The notes: generated from the letters alone by a model not told the origin. A DNA stretch of 62,079 bases, filler included, from Circinaria calcarea (GCA_051942165.1; 25 parts of 25 records of this genome joined end to end with filler, not necessarily neighbours in it), one strand, 5' to 3'; shown: positions 22,337 through 34,876, counted from the first letter of the whole stretch. Translations and numbers: made by a program.

Positions 22337-24925
22337 NNNNNNNNNNNNNNNNNNNNNNNNNNNNNNNNNNNNNNNNNNNNTTAATTAATTAANNNNNNNN
22401 NNNNNNNNNNNNNNNNNNNNNNNNNNNNNNNNNNNNGGTAGGAGAGATTGCGATAGGGGTTTTGCTACTACGAGAGCATTGGGAGATGTTTGGGGGATAG
22501 TAATAGACGATGGGGAAGGGTATAGAGTGAGGAATTAGGAGAAAATATTTTGGAGGGGGACGCTGGATATAGCGGTAATTTTGAGCTTTGCTGCGTATAT
22601 TCCAGCATGTACCTACCCCCTTTGCGAGTCCAGAATGTCCCCATTCCGCCATGAAGGGAAACCATTGGACATTTTCTGCACTTTGACTCTGGATTCCTTC
22701 TTCGAAAATAAAGCAAGTCCGATCTTTAAATATAGTCTGACTTTCTGTAGAAAGGTGGTACTGTGGAGCGACTTCCTAACCTACCGAGGAAGATACATTA
22801 TTTTTATATTTAGATAAGAGGTTCCCGCCTAGAAAATAAAAATCATTCCACTCCTAAATTTTGGATGTAGTGGTGACCCAGTTCAGGTGATCATTAGGCG
22901 GTATCACAAAAGGTCTTTTCAGTAGCCAGATCAAATTTAAACCCTCCACGGTAGGTTCTTGCGGCGTAGAGAGAACAAGGCCAAGCGCGCGTGTAATCTG
23001 CGGAGAGCGAACGACATCCCTAAAAATCGAGTGTTTCCCCGAGTTTACCGCCCACGATAACTTCTATGGTGTTTCGAAGAGCGTTCACTGGAAGGTGTGG
23101 ATGATGATCGTGACACCAAAGGTGTTGCGGCCGTGTTCGAAAGCACGGGGACAGGGTGGAGGATGACCTAACGAGTGTGAAGGGAGCCCGACTTTGACAA
23201 ACTGGTCATTCACTTGCGGGAATGGGGTTTAAAAGAATCGCTCCTTCCCGGTTGCTCTGCCTCTTCCTGTGGCTTTGCCTTTTGCGGGATATATATGAGG
23301 ATTCGAGAGGGAGGTTGGAGACTGTGGTGTTCGACTTGAGGATGTACATTCTTGGGAATGCTTTTGTTGGTTCTTTTCTCTCTTGCTCTCGTTAAAGTTG
23401 GGTTTTTTGCTTCGTTCGTGAATTTTGAGCTTGATTGGGGATTGTAGATGGTTGCGCAGTCCTGCGGTTGTATGGGGAGTAATCCCTTGCGAGATGGAAT
23501 GGCGGGAGTACTTGTGAGTAGAGCGATGCGCTGCCCATTCCTCAATGGCAATCAGTCGATTTGATAGTAATTTCTTACTATGAGCTCTCAATGGTGTCTG
23601 CTGTTGAATGGCATCTCAAACTATCGATTCAGATAGACTTTTCTGCTGTCTTGTCTGTGGGTGTTCCTTTTACGTAGTTCTGGATACTGATTTGCGAGAG
23701 AGGTATAGCAGGCCATGTGCCAAGATCGGCGTCTGGAAGGTAACTATCAAGTGTCAAAACGTCTGTTTGTCTTGTACTTGGGTTACGTACAGCGCTCTTA
23801 GGTGTTCTTAGGGTTTGTATCATTGCTTCCTTTCTCCTGTGCGAGTGTCTTGCGGGGTTCGGGGCAATTCATGTGCCTGATTTCGATGTGAGAGCTTTCC
23901 GGAGAGGGGAAGGAGAAGGGCAGTTGATGGTGTTCTGATACAAAGTCGGCAACAGTTTGGACTCACCCTTAGTCGATGTCCGTACCGTACCTAGGATTTG
24001 TCGCCATCAAGATGCATGGCCCTTGCGCAGCAAGCAGCCTAGTGTCAACTGTGTTGGAGTATCTAGGACGCGTTTCCATGAAGAGTTTCATGCGCGTTGT
24101 GCATTTATAACACGGAGCTCCCATATGTGTTGAGCATAAGCCCTAAAAGGTAACCATTGGTCCCGAGGAATGGCGCTAGTCTAGCAATCATTCAACTTGA
24201 TTTGGCGGTCTTCAAGTCTTTACTGTGAGAACACACTCTACTTAGCTATCTTCTAAAGCCCACCCCAAAGAAGATCAGGAGCTTCCAGCTAAGATAGTCG
24301 TGTAGTCGATGTGCATTCAGCCTGCATAGCCCCTCAGCTTTAAAAAGAACCTGTAGAGCATCTGGGGACTTTCGAAAAGGCTAGGTCGAATGGGAGGCAA
24401 TGTGTTAGTGGTTAGAGCACGAGCATAATAGGGAAACGCGCGCTAGTCTAAAGGCATTCCTTGATACTTACAGACTTGACCTATTCTACACCTTTTGCAT
24501 ACACCAACAACTTCTACCTCCTCCTTCTACATTCTCTACCAAACTCTCATCGATAAGAGCAAGAGTTATCAACTTGGCCAGTACGCTATTCTACCTGCAA
24601 TAAGTACAGTAGATTCGGCGTCGATAAGAGGTGGCTCCAGTATCGAAGGTGGAGATACGAGCTCCTCGCCCACAACACGACAACACGTAGGTTGAACACT
24701 CTACTTCATCATCTTCTCTCGTCCTGCATCTCGAATCTCTCTTCTAACTCTTGGTCCTTCAAGATCTTCCCTTACCATCAGCCTCCTTACATCAAGGAGT
24801 TTCTTTACCCATCAGAGCCAGATCANNNNNNNNNNNNNNNNNNNNNNNNNNNNNNNNNNNNNNNNNNNNTTAATTAATTAANNNNNNNNNNNNNNNNNNN
24901 NNNNNNNNNNNNNNNNNNNNNNNNN

Positions 24926-25894
24926 GGTCACCTTTTTTAAGTTCGAGTCTGCCGCAGCTTTCATGATTTGTCGTCCAACGAGGGTGCTCCCAGTAAACGC
25001 AACCTTGTCGACGCCCATGTGAGAAGCAATGGCCGCCCCGGCAATCTTGCCGAATCCAGAAAGTATGTTGATTACTCCGGGGGGGAAACCGGCTTCTTTG
25101 GTTAACTTGGCAGCGTAAAGTGCGGACAGAGGGGTTTGCTCGGCGGACTTGAGAACAACTACATTACCGGTGGCGATGGCCGGACCAATTTTCCAGGACC
25201 ACATGAGCAGTGGGAAGTTCCATGGGATGATTTGGCCGCAGACACCAATCTCAGGATAGTTAGCGGGATTCTCAATATTCAGTTGCTTATCGGTATCTTA
25301 CCGGCTCTTGACGCGTGTAATTGAATGACTCGTGATTCGTATCAATGACCTTGCCTTCAACCTTGTCTGCCCAGCCGCCGTAGTATCTCAAACAGCCCAT
25401 TGCCATGCCAATGTCAACCTTGGCAATGCTCACGGCCTTTCCGTTATCCAACGCCTCGATTGCCGCCAAAGTCTCGATTTCTCGTTCGAACAGTTCGGCC
25501 AGCTTGACGAGATACTTCCCTCTTTGTTCCGGGGTGACTTTGCTCCATGGCCCCTCGAATGCCTTCCTGGCCGCCGACACAGCAATGTCGACATCCTTTT
25601 CCGTGGCCTCGTGCACGGCGACGATGACTTTTTCGTTGGTGGGATTGATAGTTTCAAAGGTTTTGCCGTCTGCGCCTTTCACGAATTCTCCATTGATGAA
25701 GCTAGCGGACAGTCCCGGTCAATGCCGCTCACCAATGGATGCAATTGAGATGTAGATTGGCTATATGGCCTCCCCGGAGCAGAATTGGGGAACGGAGGCT
25801 GTGTGCAAGCAGACAAGAAGGTAGAAACTCACAGTCCAGTGGGCTGTTCATATTTGCCCGTCGACGGCGTTTCCAGCTGTTCTGAGAGAGACAT
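24926..25894 (-). CDS. aldA: NAD-dependent aldehyde dehydrogenase, 3' end truncated
   Basis: [28 protein letters not shown]...EALDNGK...YYGGWADK...[19 protein letters not shown]...[12 protein letters not shown]...[12 protein letters not shown]. Confidence 0.95.
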
Positions 25895-26987
25895 TATTTA
25901 CCAACAAGCACAGTCAGGATTGGGCAGTGTCTATCGTATTTCGAGGAGCAGAGGTTGAGAAGTCTCCAAAGTAGTTGTCTCGAGAAGTCGGGGATGTGGG
26001 GGTAAGGCGGAGGGAATAAGTATGCGGACGCATGAGTCCCAACCCCAATCAGAGGCAAGGCAAATGAGGGGCATGGTGGCAACTACCCCTCGTCCAAGAA
26101 GATCCCAGTAGATCCCCGGTTCTGTTAGGGAGAAGGTTTGATTCTGGGGAAGCAATAGCATCAGGGCGGCCGTGGTGGAGAAGACAGGGATTTCCAATCT
26201 CAATCTGATGTGATGACAAATGTCTCCACCTGAAAACTGCCGACTTCGCGGGTGACAAGAGAAGTGGGAGAGCATAGCTTACCGACCGCAGCGAGTGGTG
26301 CATATCCTGCCCGGGAGGCGCCCTATACTTAGAGGGTCGTCATAAATTTAGGGGCGATAATAGGGCAGACCCTACGGTTGGCGGCAATTACTTGTCCCAC
26401 CTTTTTGGTCACCGGCGTGCCCCCGTGGGGATTTGTACACCATTGCTACGGAGCATGCTTGAAACCACCTAACCAACAGATCCGGCTTCGGGGAAACCTC
26501 CCCGACATTAGATACAAAGAACGTTTGACCGTACCTAACAGAGCTCCCCTAGTTGCCGCTCCAGTCAGAGCTCAATGCCACGACCAGAGCAAACCCCGCC
26601 TCCGCTTCCCCAGGTTCGCGCCGATGGAGACTGTATATACAGTAATCACTACGGCCCGCGGTCGCGCGAGGGAACCTCGTGGTGTGGCGTCAACATCCGA
26701 ATGGGGTAGCACGCCGCCTGATCCCTAAGAAGGAAGAGACAGTAGATCTGCTTCAGCATGTGCGCAATAGCTCGAAACTTTAGGGCTCATCCAACGAGTC
26801 ACGCATGGACAGCATGAATGGATGTGTTGATGGAATCAAGGTGGCTGTTGCATACAACTCCGAGCCTCTGAAACCACGTGACGAAAATCCTGCGCTATGC
26901 ATCATCAACGGTAAAAGCTCGCTCCTAAGATTCGCCCAATCTATGCATCGAGTCCTCCATACTGCCCGCGTACCCCCCTCCACCTGG

Positions 26988-27314
26988 TCACCTTTTGCTC
27001 CTAGTTGATCTTGACATGGGCGGCGGCGGTGCAAAAGCATCGTCGTCGTCGTCTGAGATTTCGTCGGATTCAGCTCCCTGCGCCGCTTTACCCTTGCCCT
27101 TCCCGCTGATCTGGGTCCTTTGACTTGGCTGTGAAAAGTTCAAAGTCGACTGCTTGGCTGCTGCAGCCCGGGCAGGCGTGCGTTTGACGGGAGGGATCGC
27201 CTTTGCCGGTGCCGCTTTCTTTCCTCCGCGCGCTGCTGGCCCTGGCTTGACAAAGAGACCGTCGTCTTCCTCATTGGAATCTAACATGACCACATCAATA
27301 TCCTCCTCCTCGCT
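26988..27314 (-). CDS. MRE11: Probable Mre11 double-strand break repair nuclease, disordered C-terminal tail
   Basis: DDGLFV...RAAAAKQSTLNFSQ...EISDDDDDAF...RSKR resembles Pezizomycotina Mre11 C-termini. No catalytic domain is in view. Confidence 0.55.
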   Translation of the reverse strand, partial: SEEEDIDVVMLDSNEEDDGLFVKPGPAARGGKKAAPAKAIPPVKRTPARAAAAKQSTLNFSQPSQRTQISGKGKGKAAQGAESDEISDDDDDAFAPPPPMSRSTRSKR

Positions 27315-28479
27315 NNNNNNNNNNNNNNNNNNNNNNNNNNNNNNNNNNNNNNNNNNNNTTAATTAATTAANNNNNNNNNNNNNNNNNNNNNNNNNNNNNN
27401 NNNNNNNNNNNNNNATAATAAATTAATAAAGGCTATATTGATGGAGTAATAATTTTTTAAAATAATAATTGAAATACGGGGAAAATGCGGCATCGGGCCG
27501 GGTGCGGCATCGCTTAGGGATCTCTGGTACCTCGTGACCTCGGTATATAGTTCACCCGTAGGGTTCGTAGGGGTCCTCTGGTAGAGGCCCTCACAGGAAG
27601 CTTCGTCCGATACCACGTTACTAAATGCTGCTTGCCCGCAGGTCAGGCGTCTTAAAAACGACTGGTCGATCTGGATCCACTAGTATATTCAAGGGCGGAG
27701 GTGGAGGAGCTTGGATGGGTGTGGGAGAGTACGATGGCGACGGCATAGCCCGTATGCGTCTGCCATGTGGTCCGAGGCGCTGGTGTCCCCCAGCGGGATT
27801 GAGTGCGGGGACTAGCTATTGTGCGGCCTTGTCACTCGCGATGCCTGCTCCCCATGCTTAATAGAGGCGTACAAGAGCGCCGGGTCTTGTGGAGCTCTGC
27901 GCTCCATTTTAGAGGATCTAAAGGATTTATGGGACATAAAGAGAGGATGGGAAACTTGTTCTTTCATTATTCTCTATTTACTACTACGGAGTATATGGCA
28001 AGGGAAACGGCGTTACGCTGTAGATTCCCTGCTTTCTTAGAGGTAGGTAAGTAGGGATCTACAGCACATTATCGGTGCGGGGGTAATGCGCCCTAATTGA
28101 TATTAGTCACAGGATACAGGTTTACAGGAGTGCTAAGCACCCTTTATTGGGTGAGGCAGCGTTGGTATCTTTTGAGAGCATGTTGTGTAACATACGCCAA
28201 CGCATTTATTACCACCATCCTGCACACTGACCAATAAGTTAGATGCGTTCTTATCAAGCACCACATGTTCGAAGAGTTAGAGATAAGACTTCAATGTAGC
28301 CTCATTGATATATAGGTATGAGGGCTCCCGCTCTTCTTTGTACCATCTAATGCTTCTATCGCCATTAGAGAAATCTATTCCTCTTCTTAAAATAGCGAAT
28401 TTTAATAGTCATTACTTAACTTACTAGGCTGAAATGAGTAAAAGCTTTCTCAAATACTCCTCTAACCCTAACTATCAGA

Positions 28480-28801
28480 ATGCAATATCTTATAGTGATG
28501 ATACTACTACCTGCAGAGTCACTCGGCACTGCAGTAACGTCGCACTGATCAAAAGTGATAAAGAGAAATTTGGCACTCTTTGCCAGCGTACGGACAGCGA
28601 AGGCTGGAAGAGCGCTCATAACTGTGCGAACTGTGGCGGCAAATCCTACCTCTGCGTTCAATGCGGACACGCTCGTTGCTTTGTGAGTCCCGTTCCTGCG
28701 CGAAATCACTTTACTGGGGAACGAAGTAGCTGATAAGGATGCGATAGCCGATCAACCAAGCGGTGCAGGCCGGATTCGAGAATGGCGAGTGCTTCATCTA
28801 A
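28480..28801 (+). CDS. Small Cys-rich, possibly secreted protein (intron 28683-28747; apparent frameshift near 28542)
   Basis: Signal-peptide-like MQYLIVMILLPAESLGTAVTS, then in the -1 frame ALIKSDKEKFGTLCQRTDSEGWKSAHNCANCGGKSYLCVQCGHARCF|PINQAVQAGFENGECFI*. Intron signals are GTGAGT...GCTGAT...ATAG. Confidence 0.5.
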
Positions 28802-29204
28802 CGTCGCCGGTTCCCTTGAATCGCTTATCATCTCAACGTCGAACCCGCTCTCATCTACCCTTCTTCAGAAAATCGTCGACGTTGGTATTCTAGATGAGAT
28901 CTCCAACATGCCAGGAGCTGTGCGTCACCACATTTACCACCACGGTAGCCGCAACACGGCCGACAGTACGTTGCGCAAGCCAATGATGTTCCTTATTTAT
29001 CAAACTACGCGTCATGGACCGCAGAATGGATTTCGACTTTGTCTCGTTCATGAGGGCTTTCGTGTTACTTCTTCTGCTGAGAGAATAGAGGGTGATGCGG
29101 AAGACGATATTGATCGTCTCGAAAAGGAGATTCCTCAAGGCCATATGGAGGTCGTACTTTTAGGGCAGAAGCCTGTTCCTTCTGGAGGACGTGAAGAGGA
29201 CTGA
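28782..29204 (+). CDS. Hypothetical intronless 140-aa protein
   Basis: Uninterrupted ORF with globular composition (KPMMFLIYQTTRHGPQNGFRLCLVHEGF...IPQGHMEVVLLG). Confidence 0.5.
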   Translation: MASASSNVAGSLESLIISTSNPLSSTLLQKIVDVGILDEISNMPGAVRHHIYHHGSRNTADSTLRKPMMFLIYQTTRHGPQNGFRLCLVHEGFRVTSSAERIEGDAEDDIDRLEKEIPQGHMEVVLLGQKPVPSGGREED

Positions 29205-29902
29205 GACTCGTGGTACGGCGCGAGTAGAGTCTCACGTTGGAGTAATCATATACCTCATCTCATTTCACACGAGCTCTTGTCAGCATGATGCCCCATGCAA
29301 GTAGGACCATTTGTGTTGAAGTCCTATCAATAATCCGGGAGAATTTAGGAGACGTTTAAATTTATGGTTCATAGCTAAAATCCTTTGTTTCAAGCTTATC
29401 GTGTAGTCATTCCTCGGTACCCTTGCTTGGTCAACAATACCAAAAGAAATGAACGAAATCGGAACCAAATACATGATAAACCACAAAATTTCAAAGAGCA
29501 GTGGAAAATCAAAACCGGGGCAAAATTCATTCCTTCCAAAAAAACCTCCCCTCAACCATGAATTTCCGTCCCCCCCCCGGGCTCCCAGAGGCCAGCTGCA
29601 GTATTTTCCAATATCCTCACCGCTAGGGGCCGCTCCAGCACCAATACTCCTTTCTCCACCAACATTCATTCGGGTTGCTGAGAAAACAAAATCCCCCCTC
29701 CCCCCGCATTGTAATCAGTCCCAATTATTCCCACCGCCATCGCCATCGACCCCCTTCTCCGTTCTGTTTTTCTCTTTCCAGACGTCCATATGTTTCCCCC
29801 CCNNNNNNNNNNNNNNNNNNNNNNNNNNNNNNNNNNNNNNNNNNNNTTAATTAATTAANNNNNNNNNNNNNNNNNNNNNNNNNNNNNNNNNNNNNNNNNN
29901 NN

Positions 29903-30108
29903 GGGCGGGGTTGAAGAAGCGCAAGGAGTTGGATAGCGAGGGGAGCGGGAGTGACAGGGAGGGTGCCGAGGGGAGCAGTGACGAGGAGGAAGAAGAAGAA
30001 GAGGAAAAGGGGAGGAAGAGGCGCAAGAAGCGGAAGAGGCGGCGGAGGGGAAAGGAGAGGGGCGGAAGGGGGGCGGCGCATACGGTGACGTTTAAAGGCA
30101 TGGATTGA
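29903..30108 (+). CDS. C-terminal fragment of a nuclear protein (acidic and basic tracts)
   Basis: LKKRKELDSEG...EEEEEEKGRKRRKKRKRRRR...TVTFKGMD*; family not recognised. Confidence 0.4.
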
Positions 30109-30421
30109 AATTTTTTTTTTTTGGAAGCTTTCTTTCCGCTTCGAGAGGAATATCGTTCTTTTTCGCCCTCCCCTACCATGGATGAGGAAGTGTTCCGAAT
30201 TCTTCCCGAGGTACTTACTGTGCTTTTCTGTTTTCAGATCCGCCCTTTTTGCTTTGCTTTGCTCTGCTCTGCTCTGCTCAATATGGCTATCTACCACCAT
30301 TCCCATTGGTAAATTTACGGTACATATCGAAGCTACAAATAAAAAAGGGGCTATATAGGATCGAAAACTGTAGCCCTGTTGGTCAAGGGGGGGGGTCAAG
30401 TCACAGCTAGCTAATGCAACT

Positions 30422-30447
30422 AGAGAGAGAGAGAGAGAGAGAGAGAG
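30422..30447. repeat. (AG)n microsatellite
   Basis: Visible dinucleotide run. Confidence 0.9.
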
Positions 30448-30800
30448 GCGGAAAGATGCGAACTTTTGATTGTTCGGAAAAAAACGATTTCAAGTTCAAA
30501 GAATTATCGAGGGGATACTTTTTTATATAAAGATTCTAGTTTATTTCACGGTTGTATATAGGAGAGAGGACCCTTATTGTACTGGTTTAGGGATGGGATC
30601 ATCCTTTTACTACTCTAACGCATTGGCCGAGTAATAGGGCCGGGGGCCTTTTTCTTCCGGCACACCCTACAGTTACGATATATAACGTATCAAAATTAAC
30701 CGTCCCACAATATAAATACATCGACGGATAAATACATCTTGGACGCTCCAAGAAATCTGAAAGGACCAGGAAGCAACGTCTTTCACCAATCAGCCACCAA

Positions 30801-31926
30801 ATGGACCCATTCGAGTATACTTCCCATCCAAGCCGTGTCATCTTCGGCAGCGGCACCTTGATCAAACTACCCGACGAATTAGCCCGGCAGGATCTCAAGG
30901 CGCCCCTCCTGCTATCAACACCTCAGCACGCGGAGTAGGCAGAGATCCTGAAGAACGTCCTCGATGGCCAAGTTGCGGGCGTCTTCACGGAAGCGACAAT
31001 GCACACACCTTCTCACATCACTGAGAAAGCTGTTGAGGTTGCCAAAGCACAAAAAGCCGATTCGGTAGTATCGATTGGAGGAGGCAGTACCATAGGGCTT
31101 GGGAAAGCTATTAGTATCCGGACGGGGTTACCGCATATCTGCATTCCAACAACATATGCTGGGAGCGAAATGACTCCGATATTGGGGGAGACTGCAGAAG
31201 GGCGGAAAACGACCAGGAGTGATCCGAATATTCTTCCGGGAACGGTCATCTATGACGTGGACCTGACATTGACATTGCCCCCGGCGATGAGTGCAACAAG
31301 CGGAGTAAATGCAATTGCACACGCGGGTAGAGGGCCTCGGGCGTGAATGAAGAAGAATAGACGCTGATTGTGGTGCAGTGGAGGCATTGTATGCGCGGAA
31401 CACGAACCCGGTCACTTGCCTTCTTGCGCAGGAAGGTATCCGAACGCTTGCCATTGCTCTCCCCGAGATCATGGAGGAGCCCTCAGCGCAACCGGCCCGG
31501 TCGAAAGCGCTCTATGGAGCCTGGCTATGCGGTACCTTCTTGGGCAATGTAGGGATAGCGCTGCACCACAAACTGTGCCATAGCCTTGGTGGTAGCTTCA
31601 ACCTGCCACACGCCGAAACCCACACGATCGTCCTACCGCACGCGCTCTCGTACAATGCACCGAAGGCAGTAGAGCCAATGATGCGACTGGCCGAGGCTTT
31701 ATCGGACAGCAACGGAGATGCCATCAGGGGGCTGAATTTGTTGCTGACGCGATTGAAGGTTAAGAGAGGGTTGAAAGATTTCGGTATGAGGGAGGAAGAC
31801 ATTGACAAAGCCACGGAAATCGCATTCAGCAATCCATATTGGAACCCCAGGGAAATCGAGAAAGGCCCGTTAAGGGAGTTGATCAGGCGTTGCTGGGCGG
31901 GAGAAGAGGCGCGAGCAGACTTGTAG
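30801..31926 (+). pseudogene. Maleylacetate reductase (iron-containing ADH family) with an in-frame TAG at codon 46
   Basis: MDPFEYTSHPSRVIFGSG...STPQHAE*AEILK...EATMHTP...SIGGGSTIGLGKA...IPTTYAGSEMT...SGVNAIAHA|VEALY...LHHKLCHSLGGSFNLPHAETH...NPYWNPR. Intron 31328-31378; TAG at 30936-30938. Confidence 0.85.
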
Positions 31927-32416
31927 GAAAGCCGAGCAGGGAGGGAGAAAGATAGGGAAGGAAATCGATGCATTGGGGGAATTATGGCCCGCCTCGACGA
32001 GCAGTATGGGGTCCGCGGGGAATGTTCAGTGGGTGTGAGAGAGGCCGAAGTTTAAGCCAGATGGCTACCATCCCTAGTCCGTATTAGGCCTACTTTCTCC
32101 CACACATCTAACAGTACTAGAATATCCAGTACCTTACCTATTCGCATAGCCCAAGGTAACGTCGGAGCGTGCCACGGTAAACGTGTGGGGTTGGCCGATT
32201 GCGTGATGCGGAGTGATGAAAAAGCAGATTCCCAAAACTAAAAAGGTCCGTGGATTAGTGAGATGGTACTGGATGATAAAGCAGCTCCTNNNNNNNNNNN
32301 NNNNNNNNNNNNNNNNNNNNNNNNNNNNNNNNNTTAATTAATTAANNNNNNNNNNNNNNNNNNNNNNNNNNNNNNNNNNNNNNNNNNNNCTCAGAGCTGT
32401 AAGTGCTGCGGGCTGA

Positions 32417-33554
32417 TCAACTGGAGGTCCGCGTAGGTAGCGCTCGATTGGATGTAGCAATCCATTCTGTAATGATCCTCTTGATAAAAGGAGTAAATGA
32501 TACGATACGGTTACACCAATCATTCTGGTCAGCCCCTTGGACTAGGGCAGTTGTTAGAAAAAGGACAGGAATAAGCTATCTGGTAATACTCACTCATTCC
32601 GACTATTTTTGGAACCCATTTTGATGAATCATTTAGGTCTTCAACAAACATGCCAACCATTGCACCCGAAAGGCCAAGCCATGCGGTGATATCGACTGGT
32701 ATGACCCCGGTATCAGTAGCTCTGAGATTGTTGGAGAATCTCCCTAGAAAGAGCGATCTCTGGTTCGCAGGAAAGATCTCATGAAAGTTTGGGATCTTTG
32801 CGGTTTCTATGGCCATACGTTGTTGAATCTCCATCTGGTTGTAATATCCGTCAACATATTTTTTGAATTCTTCCCCATCACCAAGCCCGCTGGGATACCC
32901 AACCGACCAGATTTTGTGACCAGCAAGTTCAGGTGTTGATCGTTCAAAATCGAAAGACATCAAGTTGTCGCAAGAAACACTATATCGGGGAAGGTCGAGG
33001 TGATTGTCGAGTTCCCAGAGCGTAATATCTGCATTCTTGTCGACACCTAGAAGATGGACTGCTCTTGTCGTTTTTTGGAATGCTAATACTTGTCAGCAGC
33101 TTACTAGTAGACCTCAATCAGGGACGCCTCGCGCACTATGCACGGCTTCTCTTGTTGAAGTAACAACTGCTCGCTTCGAGTCGTGTCGCTTCAACGCATT
33201 AATAAGGTTATCATCGGGCGTGAAATGCAGGGTGCTAAGAAAGAAGCGTTTCGACAGGTAGAACCCAGACTGTATAAAGTCAAGTTCGGATGATGTTTCA
33301 CTAGTTCGGATCCAGAGTCGTCCACTTGCGAGGCCTAAATTTGTGGCCATGTCGATGGCCTGCAGCTCAAGTTAACGGCTTGTGATATAAGATGTTGAGG
33401 CACTAATTACCTCGTCCTGACTAAGACCTTCAGGTGCAAGATCAATAAAGTCCTTGCTAGGGAAATCGATGGTACCATCGTTTTCGACGACATTTCCACC
33501 TTTCCACGATTGTCTAACGAAGTCGAAGTGGGCACCGGCAAATTCAGATGGCAT
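32417..33554 (-). CDS. Trypsin-like (chymotrypsin-fold, Trypsin_2/HtrA-type) serine protease, 4 exons, about 326 aa, no signal peptide
   Basis: Exons 33554-33411, 33359-33137, 33082-32594 and 32541-32417 join in phase through 51-54 nt GT-AG introns. Motifs in order: SGFYLSKRFFLSTLHF (His), LLGVDKNADITLWEL (Asp), GHKIWSVGYP, DITAWLGLSGAMV (Ser), KIVGMIQG. Confidence 0.7.
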
Positions 33555-34876
33555 TTTCGATGGTACTGTCTGCGGCGATTGACACTTGAAATTGAAGACA
33601 AAGTTTGAAGTGGGATATTTCGGGCCTGATGCATATGGATGCGTGAGGTTTGTCATGGCTATTTAATTGACAGATATCGACCGCGACCGAGTCCGTATTG
33701 AGCGAAGGTTTGGTTTGCATGTAGAGTGTGTAAGTGACTTGAATTTCTATGTGTTCGTACTCGCATTTTGTGCTGTTGGCATTCAACACTACCTTATGCC
33801 TAATCGGGTCAACATAGTGAATTTCAACAGACCGTGCCAGATCCGGATTGACTAGCGTGGTGTGCAGCTAACCATGTGGTGAATAGTCTGTGTACAGGCG
33901 CGTAGAATAGGTAGGAGTCGTTGCCGAGAATAATGATATGATATTGGAAGACCCCTCACACAGGAATCATAGCTTGTCGAATAGTATAAGACCTTGAACG
34001 TACAGAAGTCCTGTTTTAAGGACTCGATTTGGTATAGTAGGTAACGGGAACGGAGTAGCCCGCATATATTGATGTTTTTTCATCAGCAACAACTTTTGCA
34101 CACCGGCCTCGAAGCTGTTGTAAAAATGATGCAAAGGACCGCGTTTTTAGTCTCCACGCTGAATACCTGACTCGAGCGTCTCTGTACGCGGAGGCTAAAA
34201 AAGCCCCTTCGTAGTACTGAGTACGAAGGTAGCTAGAAAACCATATTATAGGGATAAGAAGGAGATTATGCCAAGACGCTAATTAAAGGCAGTTTGAGTT
34301 TAATTTAGTACCTTGATGCCTGAGGGCTGTTCTGGCGAGTCCACGTCATCCTGTAGGCTTCGCGCGGCCGTCCTCCATCTTAACTTCGCTCCAGGGCTGA
34401 ACTCCAAGCTAAATATCACTGTCGATATACAACTTCTCTCTTTCCTCCGACCTTGCCGCTATGGACGAACGCACCTCTGCTCTCGCGAATCGTTCTCTAA
34501 GAACGATCCGTACCGTACGTTCCACCCTTTATCCCATACTCTCGCATTTACACATCTAATTCCAGGTTTAGGAACTAGAATTTCTAACCGACGTCTCCAT
34601 AATCAGTCCGCAGCAATTGTCCTCCCTCCTATCTCAGCTACCTCCGCAAACCTCCCTTCACGCTCCGCTCTCCAACATCACCCCAGCTCTTACCCCTACG
34701 CCTCTCTCTCAAGCCCCATTTCAACCGGCTCAACCGAGTCAACCCTCATTTACTGAGAAGCAATCCTCGTTTTATNNNNNNNNNNNNNNNNNNNNNNNNN
34801 NNNNNNNNNNNNNNNNNNNTTAATTAATTAANNNNNNNNNNNNNNNNNNNNNNNNNNNNNNNNNNNNNNNNNNNNA

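Noticed and set aside
22437..24825. Short ORFs or a possible mobile element on this contig
   Set aside because: No recognisable protein motifs, LTRs or terminal repeats; it looks like intergenic or UTR DNA.
30936..30938. Genome-wide stop-codon reassignment (TAG or TGA as sense)
   Set aside because: TAG terminates RPL35, AFG1, the peroxiredoxin and this same reductase gene, and TGA terminates PGC1 and HAP2 at the expected positions.
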